A stretch of DNA of 63,338 bases, counting the filler, from Octopus bimaculoides (Eukaryota): assembly GCF_001194135.2 (NCBI RefSeq). It is 5 parts of 5 records of this genome, joined end to end, with 100 filler letters (N's around TTAATTAATTAA, not from the genome) between each part and the next. Parts side by side here need not be neighbours in the genome. Positions count along the whole stretch, not along the records: positions 38,897 to 51,609 come from NC_068983.1; 4 more parts are not named here. One strand, written 5' to 3'. Position numbers and translations under genes: made by a program. A model generated the notes under the pieces. It was not told the DNA's origin. It did not search any database and saw nothing but the letters and a program-made list of their open reading frames with translations. Of this stretch, positions 38,897 to 51,709 are shown piece after piece. Every line of letters begins with the position of its first letter. Positions within the stretch are counted from its first letter, which is position 1.

Positions 38897-41800
38897 ATAT
38901 ATCCCGATGAGTGTCTTGCAAACAACTTGCACATGCAAGTGCTACCAGTCAAGAATTCCGCATACCGGAATTATATATTGATAAAATATATTATATACTA
39001 GACTGAACTATTTGCTGGGGTCGATATAATCCGAGAAGTCAGTGCCTTAGCATGGCCAGGGAGCAATGACTGCAACTAGGAAGGAATAATAGAATTCACT
39101 AACTTTCTTATAAGTATACATTGACTGCAACAACAAAATAGAACAATGAAACAATAACGGCGTCTTCAAAAGCAACAGCAACAACTTAATGCAGAAGCTT
39201 CAAAGCTTCCAACTGCAACAGCAACAATAGGAGCGCAAATAACAATAACACAGCAACTGTAACAGCAACATCAAAGAGAATAGGCAATACCATCATAGGA
39301 AGACTTGCACCTGAAACAACGTCAACAATAATATCGTGTAATATCAATGGCAATTGCGACACCAGGTGCAACAGAAATAGTACTGACTGCAACAACAAAA
39401 TAAAGGCTGATAGTAGTGTAGTTAAGAAGTTTCAGGTTCGATCCGCACTAAGTTGCACTTAAGACAATTGGCTTTGACATAGTCGTGGGTGAAATGTTTC
39501 ACATGCCACTGTATATACACGCGTGCGCACACACACACACACACTCACTCATATGGTGCAAAGCAAGGTTTCTCAGTGCTCAGAAGTAAAATCGCATCTG
39601 GTACTCCTAACTGAATAGGTATAAGAAGCCAGAATAAATTTTGCAGCCCTTTACACCTGCGCCTGGGGAAGACTTCCCACCTTGCCTCTGACTGATACAC
39701 CTATGTATGTATGTATGTATGTATGTATGTATGTATGTATGCAGCATGAAAAAGTATGTTTGTAAGTAACAAAGATAAAATACAACGTGTATTAAAGTAG
39801 AGTGATAAAATAGATTTGACGTTGAAAATTCTGAAACCGTCATTGTGCATTTCTCGTTGCTGATCTCGGGACATATGTCGCTTACGCATATCAGCAAAAA
39901 AGTATACAACAGCATAAAACCCGATGAACGGAAGTGTTCGAACAAAACCTCTTTGTTGCATTTATTCTGCCCGGGTTGACAGACGTCGAAAAGGTAGTGA
40001 ACTAGTTGATCGGCTAGTTGGAAATAATGAACTACTTGCGCTGTTAATGCTCAGATCCATTATATAAAATACTAACAAAAACATCCCAAGAAAGCATTTG
40101 AAAGCACCTGCAATGACAACAACGAAATATCGTAATCAACAGCGATAGCAACAAAACATTGTAACGACTGCTGCGTCAACAACAGCATCTCTAACAAGCC
40201 AATGAGGAGCCTCAACATGGTCATCCAACCGACTAAAATAGCAGTTAAATTTCCTTCAGATCATTCCATACTGTCTTTAAACAGACATACTATAAATTTT
40301 AGTCCTGGGTACGCTATAGCCGTGGAAAAAATTATGGCTCCAGTGGGAACGCCTCTATCGGAGCTAATTTGTTAAAAATATCAGCAGTTACATTAGATAT
40401 TCAGTAATTTTTTAGTTCACTTTTATTGGATTGAAAGTTGTCTATATTATTAGTGTTTCCACTAATGTGTACACCCTAATGAAGCTACTTAGACACTGAA
40501 ATATGTAAAATTAAGTATCTTGATTAAGGACAGAAACTATCAACAGATACATTGATTTTCTGATGCCCACTCGATTCTTTTAGTCAAAGCTCTCACCATA
40601 GTATTATCAACAGCTAAAACAATAACAGTCTTAAGTTGCTATTGCATCAATGAATCCATAGTTTTAAACAAGGAACGTTTGCTCATGTTTGAACTGAATA
40701 ATTATACAGAAATGAAAAAATAGGCTGGTAAAAACTGCATTAATTGATAAACAAAATAGTATTCTGCAGACATGGAAATGAATTAAATGTAATACACTGT
40801 TATTTGATATATAAAAAAAGTGGCCCTCAATAATAAGGCTGAAGCTAGAAACATGATAAGGTTCTAAGTTCATGAATACACCTTATTTGGCAATTGTTAG
40901 CAAAGAGCAGGGCTATTTACGAATGAGTTACGCATGAATGCAGCCAAGATGCCTAACAAACATGTGTGAGTTAAATGAGAGAAGGGTTGTTCTTGGTATA
41001 AACATAATTATTGGTTCCAGCAATTTCGAGGTGACGTATTTAGTCGATATCATTGACCCGAGTATTTGACTGATGCTTTATTTTATCGACTCCGGAGGAA
41101 TGAAAGACAACGATGACTTCAATGAGAATTGAATTCAGAACGTAATGAACCGCAAGATATTTTGTCCAACGTTCTAACGATTCTGCAAACCTATCATTCC
41201 CTTTGCCTAAACAAAATTATAAATAAACTAATGGACATTCTCCACGTATGTAAATAATATCTCTTTCATTCATTGGCTCTAATTTGTTAATTGTTGTTAG
41301 ATTAATGGGATTAACTCCTTGTTCAGCTGTTAATTATAACAAAATTTACTAGTAAAAGGAATTAAATTTTGAGGCCACTTCAGTTTGTGGAAACCAGAGG
41401 AACTTGATAGTGAATCTACGATATGGGTGTCAGTAATGACACACTGTGGCTTTTTAGGTGACATGTATACAAACATTTCCCTGCAATATCACGTTGCAAA
41501 AACTTATCTCGAAACATTTACCTAAAATTAAAAAATATAAATACATGTAAATAACGCTATAAACAACACTGTCCTAAACTGTTGTTTGTTTAGCTTAGGT
41601 ATATGTATAGACCTTGGTTTGGAAGACAATGGTAGATGACAAAATGGCAGAGTAGCACGACTGCAGAGGTGTACGAAGATGAAGAGAGAGAAAATAATAA
41701 TTTTCGACGTCTAACAAACAATTAACCGTGAAAAGACTGAGAAGTACAAAATAACTGGAACTAAATGTACAGAACACACGAAATGTGTTGTTAGATAGAG

Positions 41801-42039
41801 AAACACGCGAAGTATTATACATGCTTAATTTCTGTCATTAACTGCACGAACGACCATTTTGGCGGTCAAGTGGATTGATATCTTGACTACTGTAGAATAA
41901 GGATGTGGTTGTTGTTTTTAATACAGAACCGATACCTATCTATTTCTCATTACAGTTAATGCTTCTTACTTTTTGTTGTTTCTTTTTCGTTGCTTTTCAC
42001 TGGTTTGGTGTGAAGAGGCCCTCTGAAGACAGTTGATTA

Positions 42040-42400
42040 ATTTGTAGAGGATGATTTTGAACAGCAGCTGCAAGTTGATGGTTACAGGAAAAACATAGAC
42101 CAGGAGCGAATTCTGGAAACTAGTGTTAAGTGGTGGGAAAATTAGACGTTAGCGGTAAGTGCAGTGCATGTAGTGGGGGTACAATACGAGGGAGAAAAGG
42201 CAGTAAGAAGTAGGTCTAAGAGGAGGCGTCACGTGATCAAAGAAATCTTGAGAAGTAGTGGACACTATTGTAGGTGTTGAAGTGCCAAACTGAGGAGGCA
42301 GCACATCTGTCGACCACAGGTGGGAGTGTATTGGGGAACAATCTTCAGCCGGTTAGATGAGTAGCCGTCTTTGATTTTTGTTTCTTTTTTGGTGGAGATA
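42040..42400 (-). mobile_element. Decayed CR1/Jockey-group LINE fragment
   Basis: Minus-strand remnants (FNTYN..PPLRPTSY...PHYMH...FQNSLLV) resemble the same C-terminal region as 49.9-50.5 kb. Heavily degraded. Confidence 0.4.
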
Positions 42401-42742
42401 GTTGGGATGCATTATAGAACATTGATCCATTACTTTTCCAGAAGAAAGATCCATTCACCAGGATAACTACATGAGTTTTTAAATATAAATTATGCTTTAA
42501 ATTGGGTATTAATTTGATCATGCATTGTATAAGATGCTCATAAATTTATGTTTAATTGCTTTAGATTGTTTTATGCAAAATATAAAAAAAAAGAACAGCA
42601 ATTGCTGTGGTCTTATGAAATTAACTGTGCCTCACCAAAATTTTGCTATGAATTATGTTGTGCATCGCTGGTCTGAGTTATCTGTGCATACACACACGCT
42701 GTTGGCGTTTTCATTTCCTTCTTTGGACTTTTTCCGTTCTCC

Positions 42743-42775
42743 TTTCCGACGAAGAGCAATGTTCGAAACGTCAAA
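42743..42775 (+). ncRNA. Decayed minimal hammerhead-like motif (GUC triplet) in a Penelope-like repeat
   Basis: ttt-CCGACGA-a-gagc-aat-gttc-GAAAC-GTC-aaa. One core substitution (U4C). Confidence 0.4.
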
Positions 42776-43381
42776 AATTATCTCTTTTTACTGAGCGTCA
42801 AATTAATACATTCCTTCTGCACGTTTTCTTGTTGTCTGTTATTGTAAATTTTATTGTTCGTTTATTAGAATTAACTACACCTATTTATACATACATACGC
42901 ATGTGTGTGTGTGTGTTCGTGCGCGCGCGCGTCTCTGTGCGTGTGTGTGTCATTTTTGCACATGTGTGCGAATATGTGTCATCGTGAGTATACTTAACTA
43001 AACGTATATCAATATCGTCTGCGTGCGCGCGCGCGTGTGTGTGTGTATGTGTGTATGTATTTGAGTGCGTGTGTTGCATGTGGATCCATGCACGGACATA
43101 CGTTTGTTCTCGACTGTATTTTATGACTATAAAGTGTTTTTAGTTTGTGTTTGATGTGTGTATATACACTTTTGCTCCATCAATATTTGTATATGCATCT
43201 GTTGCCAGTATATTTGTATGCCTGCACCAGAGTTGGTACCTATGCACAGATGCAAGAGGCATATGTGCTTGTATGTCGGTGTAAACCATACTGTATGTGT
43301 GCGTGTGTGTGCGTGTGTGCGTGCATGTGTGTGTGTGTGAGTGTGTGTGTGTACGAGTATGTGTGTGTGTGTGTGTGTGCG

Positions 43382-43422
<41 letters not shown>

Positions 43423-46082
43423 GTAGCTGTAGCTATTTACATAAAAATGTGTCTGTTCATAGGTTTGTGTATTTGTCTATAAGTGGGTACTTATATAGAT
43501 GTGTACCATATATGTAGATGTTTGAATATATATATATGCGTGTATGTATGTGTTTGCATGTGTTTATGCGTGTGTTTGCGTGCGTGTGCGTGTGCGTGGT
43601 AATATCTACATACAACTGTGTTGTTGTTTAATGTGTTTCGTAGTTGAAATTCCATTCATGCATGGCGTGTTTACCAAATTATTTTCATAACATGTCGGTG
43701 CATTTATTCATCCAACTGCACACATTACAACATCAGTGCTACTGCAAGCTGCATTGCAGCGATATCTCTCTAATTAAATTACTTTTCTAAATTGCATCTA
43801 TGGCTTCTCTTCATTGTGTATTGGAAAACATATGCATGTGTGTAGGAGGAGTGTGTGTGTGTGTTTCTGTGTGCATGAAGGAAGTGCTTGCATGAGTGTC
43901 TATATGTCTATTTATGTATTAGGGGAATGTATATACATATATATATATAAAACTGCGTGAGTATATATATGTATCTACATGTCAGGAAGTATGTAGGTGA
44001 TCTAGTTGCTGTATGTGAACAAATACATTATATTCATGTGTGTGCTATGTGTGTATGCGTGTGTTTATATGTGTCACTCTTTCTTTATCTGTCTGTATGT
44101 CTTTTTCTCTCTCTTTTACACGCGCGTGCGCACGCACACACACAAACACGCATATCACACACACACACACATACATGTATATATATATATACATCATTCA
44201 TTATTTATTATGCGTGCTCCCATAAGAATTTGTGTACGTTTGTATGTATTTATGTAGGTAGGTTGCTCTCTGTGTGTTCTTGTGTCTGCATTTGTTTGCA
44301 TACATGAAAACATATCTCCGTACATTCATGCACAAATAAGTTTGTGCATGAGTCTGTCTTAATTGTGTGTGTGTGTGTGTGTGCGTGTGTGTGTGTGTGT
44401 TTGCCTGCTTGCGCACACGCGTCAGGAATGCTGCAAGATAGATACGCTTAATTTAATAGACTTCTAACATTGATAATGATAAAAAAAAATGCTCTTTCCA
44501 GTTGTAAACAAGAAAAGGGTGTCACAAAATATCAAGATGCTAAAACTTGGTGGATTTGGTACACTGCAAAATCTATCCATCTGCTTCAGTCTTTTCGACC
44601 AAATTTCATTTTTTCATATATTTTCTTTTAGTGTTTCTTATCATTTGATAATCTTTTACCATAGTAAAGACAAACAAGAAATATATTATAAACTTCCCCA
44701 AAAACTTTTCTATTTTCTCTCCTCGTGACAAGAGACAATGCTCAAACCCTGGTACATTTTAGTAAATAAATATGACCTGTGAAACCCAAAACTTCTGAAG
44801 ATCAGACTCCACATGAGTAGTTCAACTCGACACTGTAAGACGAGACATTCTTGTATTTTAGAGTTGTTGCTCATGTTGCTTATAACTTCAAACGATCACA
44901 CTATATGCCACACTCCTAAAGTTAGGCAAACTGGCTTTAATTTCTCTACTGTTTAATCATGGAGGGAAAGTTAGTACCCGTGATCTTTTATTTTTGTTTT
45001 CCAGGGTCTCTGACATTGGTGAGAGAAAGAGAGTATGTTATTCTCAAATCGGAGACCTGACCTAAATGCAATAGAGGGATTCTCACTAAAGGCACTATAC
45101 AACGGTGTTAAATTGTGACAGATTAAGTCTACCACCTAAAACATTCACAGCGTGAATAGTCAGAATAAATTCTGCAATGTGTCGCATTCGACGCCCTAAC
45201 AATTCTGGCAATCTCTCTGGATTGGAACTTTATTTTATTAACTCCTAAAGAATACAAGATAGAGTTGACCTCGACAAGATTTGAACTCAGCGTTCAGAGA
45301 ACCGAGACCAGTTATTTTCTTCTACACTGTAATAGCTGTCAGATTACCACACACTGATGAAAGACAGGTGTCAGGATCATTATCAAGATGGACACGTGAG
45401 TACGGGAAGCAAGATTTGAATTACTGTCTGACTGTCCACAAAACCTACTGGTCTGACCATCGGTGGTCCTCTATTTTTCATGCAGTAATGCATTACCTAA
45501 ATCTGAACGTTTACTTTTGCGATATCCGTATGTATGGGTGCGCACGAGTGCGTGTGTGTGTGTGCGCGCGCGTTGTATATGTGTATGTGTGTGGCAAGTA
45601 AAAGAGAATATCTTGTCAGGAGGAGCATGAAGCAAGTAATAGTTGTAGCAAGATTCGAGCCGACTACCATGAATTCGACAACACAGTCCTCCAAACTAAT
45701 GAACATTAAATATAACTATGTTAATTTAAATTAAGCAAAGAAAATATTTTAATTAGAAAAATGACAAAAGAAAGCTGAGTGGAAGACACTTTTGCCATTT
45801 AACCTTGATCGAGCAAAGAAGCACAGAGAGCTAGGAATGTTGTGGAATTGTTTGTGAAACGTGGGCGGTGAAAGAGTTTAACAAACAACAAGAAATATGC
45901 CATCTTGATGAAATAAACCATTCTAAACAGGTGAAATGTAATTAAGAGCTTTTATTCGTCGAAAAGAGTAATTCAATTTTATTCATGACTTATTTCTATG
46001 CTGCTTGAAGTAAACAACCCCTTTGAAACTTGGGTCTAGTAACAAACGCGGGTACATTAAGTTAGAGAGAATGCGAAAGGTA

Positions 46083-46170
<88 letters not shown>

Positions 46171-46796
46171 GGGGTGTCCGTGTGTTTAAAAGCAAGCAAT
46201 CCCGACATGCAGCTGGAGATTCGATTAAAAACAACGAAATAAACAAGTCGACATACATGCTTCGCTAAGAGAAAACAAAGCATGCGGCTAGATATACTCA
46301 CATAACTACAATCTAATAACGAACATATATGTGTATACATCACTTACAAACATATTAACAAAATCACATTTTTTCAAGACCACATTTACGTAGAGGTAGA
46401 TATGCTGTTTCCACCTACTCAAATCATACACACGCATTACACACGCAGGTGCATTTTCAGGCATGTGCACATACACATAAAACAGTATAGTGTTCATTAT
46501 AAACTTATTTCCACGAAAACTTCGTTAATGTTTCAATTCGAAACGTGATTATTTTGAAATTAAAGAGAAACATTAAATATTTCACGACTGTGTGGGCGGT
46601 TATTTTGGCTGTGAGTTGGTGAGTCTGGTTTGATTCAACGAAAACATGATTTATAGATATTTAAAACGAATGCATTCTTCTTATAGATTTAAATTAAACT
46701 CAGTTTCAATTCTTGATGCGCAGTTGAGAAATTAATTATTAAGCTAAGATCGAACAACTAAATCCTCATCGTTGAACGATGAAGATCTACCACAAT

Positions 46797-46866
<70 letters not shown>

Positions 46867-46899
46867 ACACAAAAATTTATATATATATAGGTCGAATCA

Positions 46900-46990
46900 G
46901 TTTCGCCTGAAGACGCACAGGGTCTTCAGCAAGTTAGAACTCGTAACTTGCCTGATGATCTGGTACACCCGCAGGCGAAACTTAGTTGCA
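46900..46990. ncRNA. Back-to-back hammerhead-like cores forming a multi-hairpin structure
   Basis: Plus strand: ttgc-CTGATGA-tctggtacacccgcaggc-GAAAC-tta-GTT-gca. Minus strand: ttg-CTGAAGA-ccctgtgcgtcttcaggc-GAAAC. 8-bp hairpins at 46907-46929 and 46929-46951. Confidence 0.4.
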
Positions 46991-47369
46991 TGAGACACAC
47001 TCGAGTAAAATTGCTATTAATCTCTACTATGATATCGAGTTCTCTTTTTTCCGACAGTCAACACAAAACGGATATATGTATATCTCTGAAGGATATTTAT
47101 AAGTATGTTGGTGCAAACAAGAAAAATAGTACTCAAATATGAGTATCTCTGTTGTCTAACGATGAGGATTCAGTTTTTCGATCAAACTGGACTGCCTGTT
47201 CTTCGAATTAGTATGTAAGTGGGTGAGTATTCCGCAAAAAGGTATATACCCATAACGTCCTTCTCAATCAGAATCAGCATTATTATTATTGGAGTTCGAT
47301 TCCAAGCAGTGACCTGAACAATAATAATAATAATAATAATGATGATGATGATAGTAATAATAATAATAT

Positions 47370-47520
47370 CAAAAAATACCTTAGGAATGAGAACCCAGGT
47401 TCGAAATTTCTCCAAGACACCTGATGAAGCGGGAGGGTATATCAGCCGAAACGTTGTGTTAACAACAAACAAGATGAGGACAAATATCCGTCAAATGTAA
47501 ATAATGTAAATAATGTAAAT
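47370..47520 (+). mobile_element. Penelope-like element terminal repeat containing hammerhead-like motif (47416-47460)
   Basis: gacac-CTGATGA-agcgggagggtatatcagcc-GAAAC-GTT-gtgtt, followed by an (aatgtaaat)n tail. A homologous inverted copy lies at 2690-2785. Confidence 0.6.
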
Positions 47521-47807
47521 AAAACATTGCTTTATTTAACATTAAATGTACCTTACAATGTATATTAGATAGAACAAATCGGCGCGCGCACGAAGAACAG
47601 CGAAAAGCAAAACATTGACGTGCATATTCATCCCTCATACGGTCCGACAAATTCGAAAATGGATATGCTAATCGCTGTTTTATTTTGTTACACGACGATT
47701 AGTTATCGGTTTGGCAGACATCAGTACGCATCATCAAATAATTTTATTACTGATTTCTATAAAGAAAAAGCTAAAATTCTAGTTTAGATTTATTGATCTA
47801 AGGTACT

Positions 47808-47853
47808 TTTGACTGAGGAGATAAAAACAGGTCGAAACACTAGTATCTCAAAG
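47808..47853 (+). ncRNA. Minimal type-I hammerhead ribozyme-like motif
   Basis: tttga-CTGAGGA-gat(aaaaacag)gtc-GAAAC-acta-GTA-tc-tcaaa. All core nucleotides are present. Stem II is 3 bp, stem III 2 bp, stem I is bulged. Confidence 0.5.
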
Positions 47854-49302
47854 TCCCCTTGTCTCAATGAATCAGGTGTGTTGTGAACACGCATTATTTG
47901 AAAAGAGAAGTTGTTTTCTGTATACAAAACCCAACAGCAACTAGCAAATTCACTTTGGAATCTGTCAGAACGTATTAAGAACGTCATCGAATGCTAAAAC
48001 ATTTTTCTTGAAATTCTTGATAAGGCTAAAGCCAGATACGGAACTCTCCAGTTAGAATAAGACGACTTACTATCAATTGTTTAGTTAGAGACAGTATATC
48101 AATTAATAGCTGCAATTTGGGTCTATCCAGTGAACATTGGCAAAGTGTCTATTAAGAAGACTGTTTACAAGCTAGTTTAAAACTGCTGTTATTACTACTA
48201 CTGCTCTTGCCGCTGCTGCTGCTGTACGGCACAGCTGCTGCTGTTGTTACTATTACTGCTTTGGTTGTCGTGTAGCTTCGGTCAGCTCCGAGCCAACAGA
48301 CGTATACAAAAGTCGAGTTGTTGTGGGTCATAAACTGTGTACAAATACATGTTTTGTTTACATGTAAAAAAAATTAGACTATGTAGATTGGTGGCGGGAA
48401 GGATAGCATTCAAAATGATGGGATGTGGCAGCTGAACATGAAAAAGAAAAAGAAAAGTGTAAAAAAAAAAAAAAAAAGTAATGACTTTTAGCGATGCGTG
48501 AGGGACTGTAGTTAAAATGTAGAGACATTCATGGAACTGAAGACTATCGGTGGCGGGGTGGTAGGGATGGTGATGGTGAAATCACTTTATTGTTATATTG
48601 ATGGCCATACTAGTGTTGCTGATGCTACTTATCGTATAAAAGTTGTGATGATGGTGGTGGTGGTGGTGGTAGCACTTGTGGTTGAGGTAATAATTATGGT
48701 AGTAAAGGATGAAATGATGGATGGTGNNNNNNNNNNNNNNNNNNNNNNNNNNNNNNNNNNNNNNNNNNNNNNNNNNNNNNNNNNNNNNNNNNNNNNNNNN
48801 NNNNNNNNNNNNNNNNNNNNNNNNNNNNNNNNNNNNNNNNNNNNNNNNNNNNNNNNNNNNNNNNNNNNNNNNNNNNNNNNNNNNNNNNNNNNNNNNNNNN
48901 NNNNNNNNNNNNNNNNNNNNNNNNNNNNNNNNNNNNNNNNNNNNNNNNNNNNNNNNNNNNNNNNNNNNNNNNNNNNNNNNNNNNNNNNNNNNNNNNNNNN
49001 NNNNNNNNNNNNNNNNNNNNNNNNNNNNNNNNNNNNNNNNNNNNNNNNNNNNNNNNNNNNNNNNNNNNNNNNNNNNNNNNNNNNNNNNNNNNNNNNNNNN
49101 NNNNNNNNNNNNNNNNNNNNNNNNNNNNNNNNNNNNNNNNNNNNNNNNNNNNNNNNNNNNNNNNNNNNNNNNNNNNNNNNNNNNNNNNNNNNNNNNNNNN
49201 NNNNNNNNNNNNNNNNNNNNNNNNNNNNNNNNNNNNNNNNNNNNNNNNNNNNNNNNNNNNNNNNNNNNNNNNNNNNNNNNNNNNNNNNNNNNNNNNNNNN
49301 NN

Positions 49303-49372
<70 letters not shown>

Positions 49373-49607
49373 GTGTGTGTGTGTGTGTGGAAAGTGAACA
49401 GAAAAACTAAGGGAGAACATAAACGGTTAGAGTGAAGACAATTATAAAATAACATATGAAAGCTACTGTGAAAAGGCGCCACACACTATGACATACATAC
49501 ATAGACATACACACACTATGACATATATACATAGACATACACACACTCACACATACATACACACATACATACATAGATACATACATATATACATACATAT
49601 ATACATG

Positions 49608-49662
<55 letters not shown>

Positions 49663-49919
49663 GTGCTGTAGATACTCAACTCAGTTTTAGCATATACATG
49701 TACATACATGCATGTGTGTATGTGTGTGTATGAGAGAAAGATAGACGAAGATGAAAGAGAGAAAGAGAGACTGAAAGACAGCGGGTATGAGAGAGCTGGA
49801 GGGAAAGGGGTGAGAGAAAGCAATTTATCACAGAAGGGTAATTTTATATCTAGTTTTTGATTAGGTCTTGATATTAGTACTCGTACACTCAATCAGAGCG
49901 CAGTCGCTCTAAATGTTAA

Positions 49920-50465
49920 ACCTTACTGTCACCGAGGAACTCTCTTGATATAACTAGGACGACATCTCAAAGACTGGCACTGCTCTTCAACTTCAGAAAA
50001 TAATTCAGCACCCTGATCTCTACCCGCCACCAATTGCTAATATTAAACAAAGCTCGATGAGGTTTGCCATTGAGTACCTACCACTTATCTGTGACGATGT
50101 TATTGCTACACACGCACAAAAATCCTAGATCGCATTCAGAGAATGGTCACTTGAATATTTTTGACATAAACCACTCTCAGATAATATCCAGCTGTACTGT
50201 CACCTCTCCCTATCCTTTCTTCCGCTACTATAATAGCCTGTTATTCAGAGATGGCTGGTCTAGTGTCGCATTTACTCAAGACTCCTCACCCATTATCGTG
50301 ACTCCCTATCATCGCATATCTGTCCAACCACTTACGTCCATGGAAAACTATTATGCACAGTCATTTCTCTCCTCCCCAACGCCAGCTTTCTGAAACAATT
50401 TCCCTGCCCGTACTTTTCTTTCCGGTATAGACGTCAATCACAAATGTCAAAGCAGGTTAAAAAAG
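49920..50465 (+). mobile_element. Decayed CR1/Jockey-group LINE RT C-terminal fragment
   Basis: Frame-broken LLIL.KAR...LEY...LDRIQR...FFRYYN...YYAQSF...NNFPA pattern typical of these ORF2 C-termini. Confidence 0.6.
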
Positions 50466-50589
50466 AAGTCTCCGTTATGAAGTACCAAAAGGTTTCGTTG
50501 TACTTCTGTGATCTATTGTCACTTAAACGCCCTCATATAAGTTACCGAATAAAAACCCACTTAAATATGCATACATGTGTGTGTGTAGG

Positions 50590-50681
<92 letters not shown>

Positions 50682-50879
50682 CATCGTCTCAACAGAAGAC
50701 TAAGAAAAACAGTTGCACAAGAAAATGCTATACATTTTAATTATAATTCTAGACTCGAAGTCCTCTTTTAATAACACTGGCTCGATTTATGTGTTTTTCT
50801 TTTACTGATCCTTACAATGAAAACAGAGGGGTGTGTAGCAATAGTTATCTGACGAATCAAGTAAAAATCTACCGATGAC

Positions 50880-51170
50880 AGCTCCTAATACAAATTAACT
50901 TTCAGAATTTTCTGCAGAAATATTTCCCGGAGATTGAGTCCGTGTGCTGCAGCACGACAAGACGTGCATGAATTTTCCTCAATAATTTGACTCAAAAGAT
51001 TTCACATCATTCTCCAGCATATTTGGAATTCTACGTTTTCTTCCAGCATTTACAGAACTAGTTCATTAATATTTGTTTGCTAACTTACGTACTGTCCATC
51101 TGCTTACGCAATATTAATGATTTCGCATTTGCGCTTCTCTGAAAATTGCTGAGCTGTCATTTCCTTTCTC
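50880..51170 (-). mobile_element. Highly decayed Tc1/IS630-type transposase N-terminal region
   Basis: Broken frames give EKRKCEIIN...TSSVNAGRKRRIPNMLENDVKSF..QIIEENSCTSCRAAAHGLNL, resembling the HTH-GRPR-HTH layout. Many stops. Confidence 0.4.
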
Positions 51171-51609
51171 AACAAATCTTTCACTTGGAAGAACGAAGAA
51201 CAAAACCTGTCAAAGTGCAGATGAACTTTGTAGAGTCAACGACCATTCAACAACTGAGATTGAGAGATCCCTAGCTTCTCTTTATATATCGTTCTAGGAG
51301 AAGGAAAGCTCTGATGTAACACTTGTGATTTCGTTTGCCTCAATGAGGTAGACTTGTTCTTTTCGGGCGAATGTATACGTTGTTTAGTGAGGTGGGGTTG
51401 ACAGTGTGCAAGACCTTTCCTTACTTTAAAAACTTCAACCACAAGTATTACTTGATTTTTAACATCTCTATTATGTGTTGTATATTATAGCTGGCTGTAG
51501 CGATAAAATTCAAAAACACTGGAAGAAAAATAAGAAAAAAAAAGGAATGAAATGAAGGTATGCGTTCATTGTTTCCGCATCTGTGCAAAAAAAAAAAAAA
51601 AAAAAAAAA

Positions 51610-51709
51610 NNNNNNNNNNNNNNNNNNNNNNNNNNNNNNNNNNNNNNNNNNNNTTAATTAATTAANNNNNNNNNNNNNNNNNNNNNNNNNNNNNNNNNNN
51701 NNNNNNNNN
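51610..51709. other. Artificial scaffold-join spacer
   Basis: 44N-TTAATTAATTAA-44N. Confidence 0.95.

Noticed and set aside
41595-41730. Short plus-strand frames YMYRPWFGRQW* and MTKWQSSTTAEVYEDEERENNNF
   Set aside because: Too short, with no partner exons or recognisable homology.
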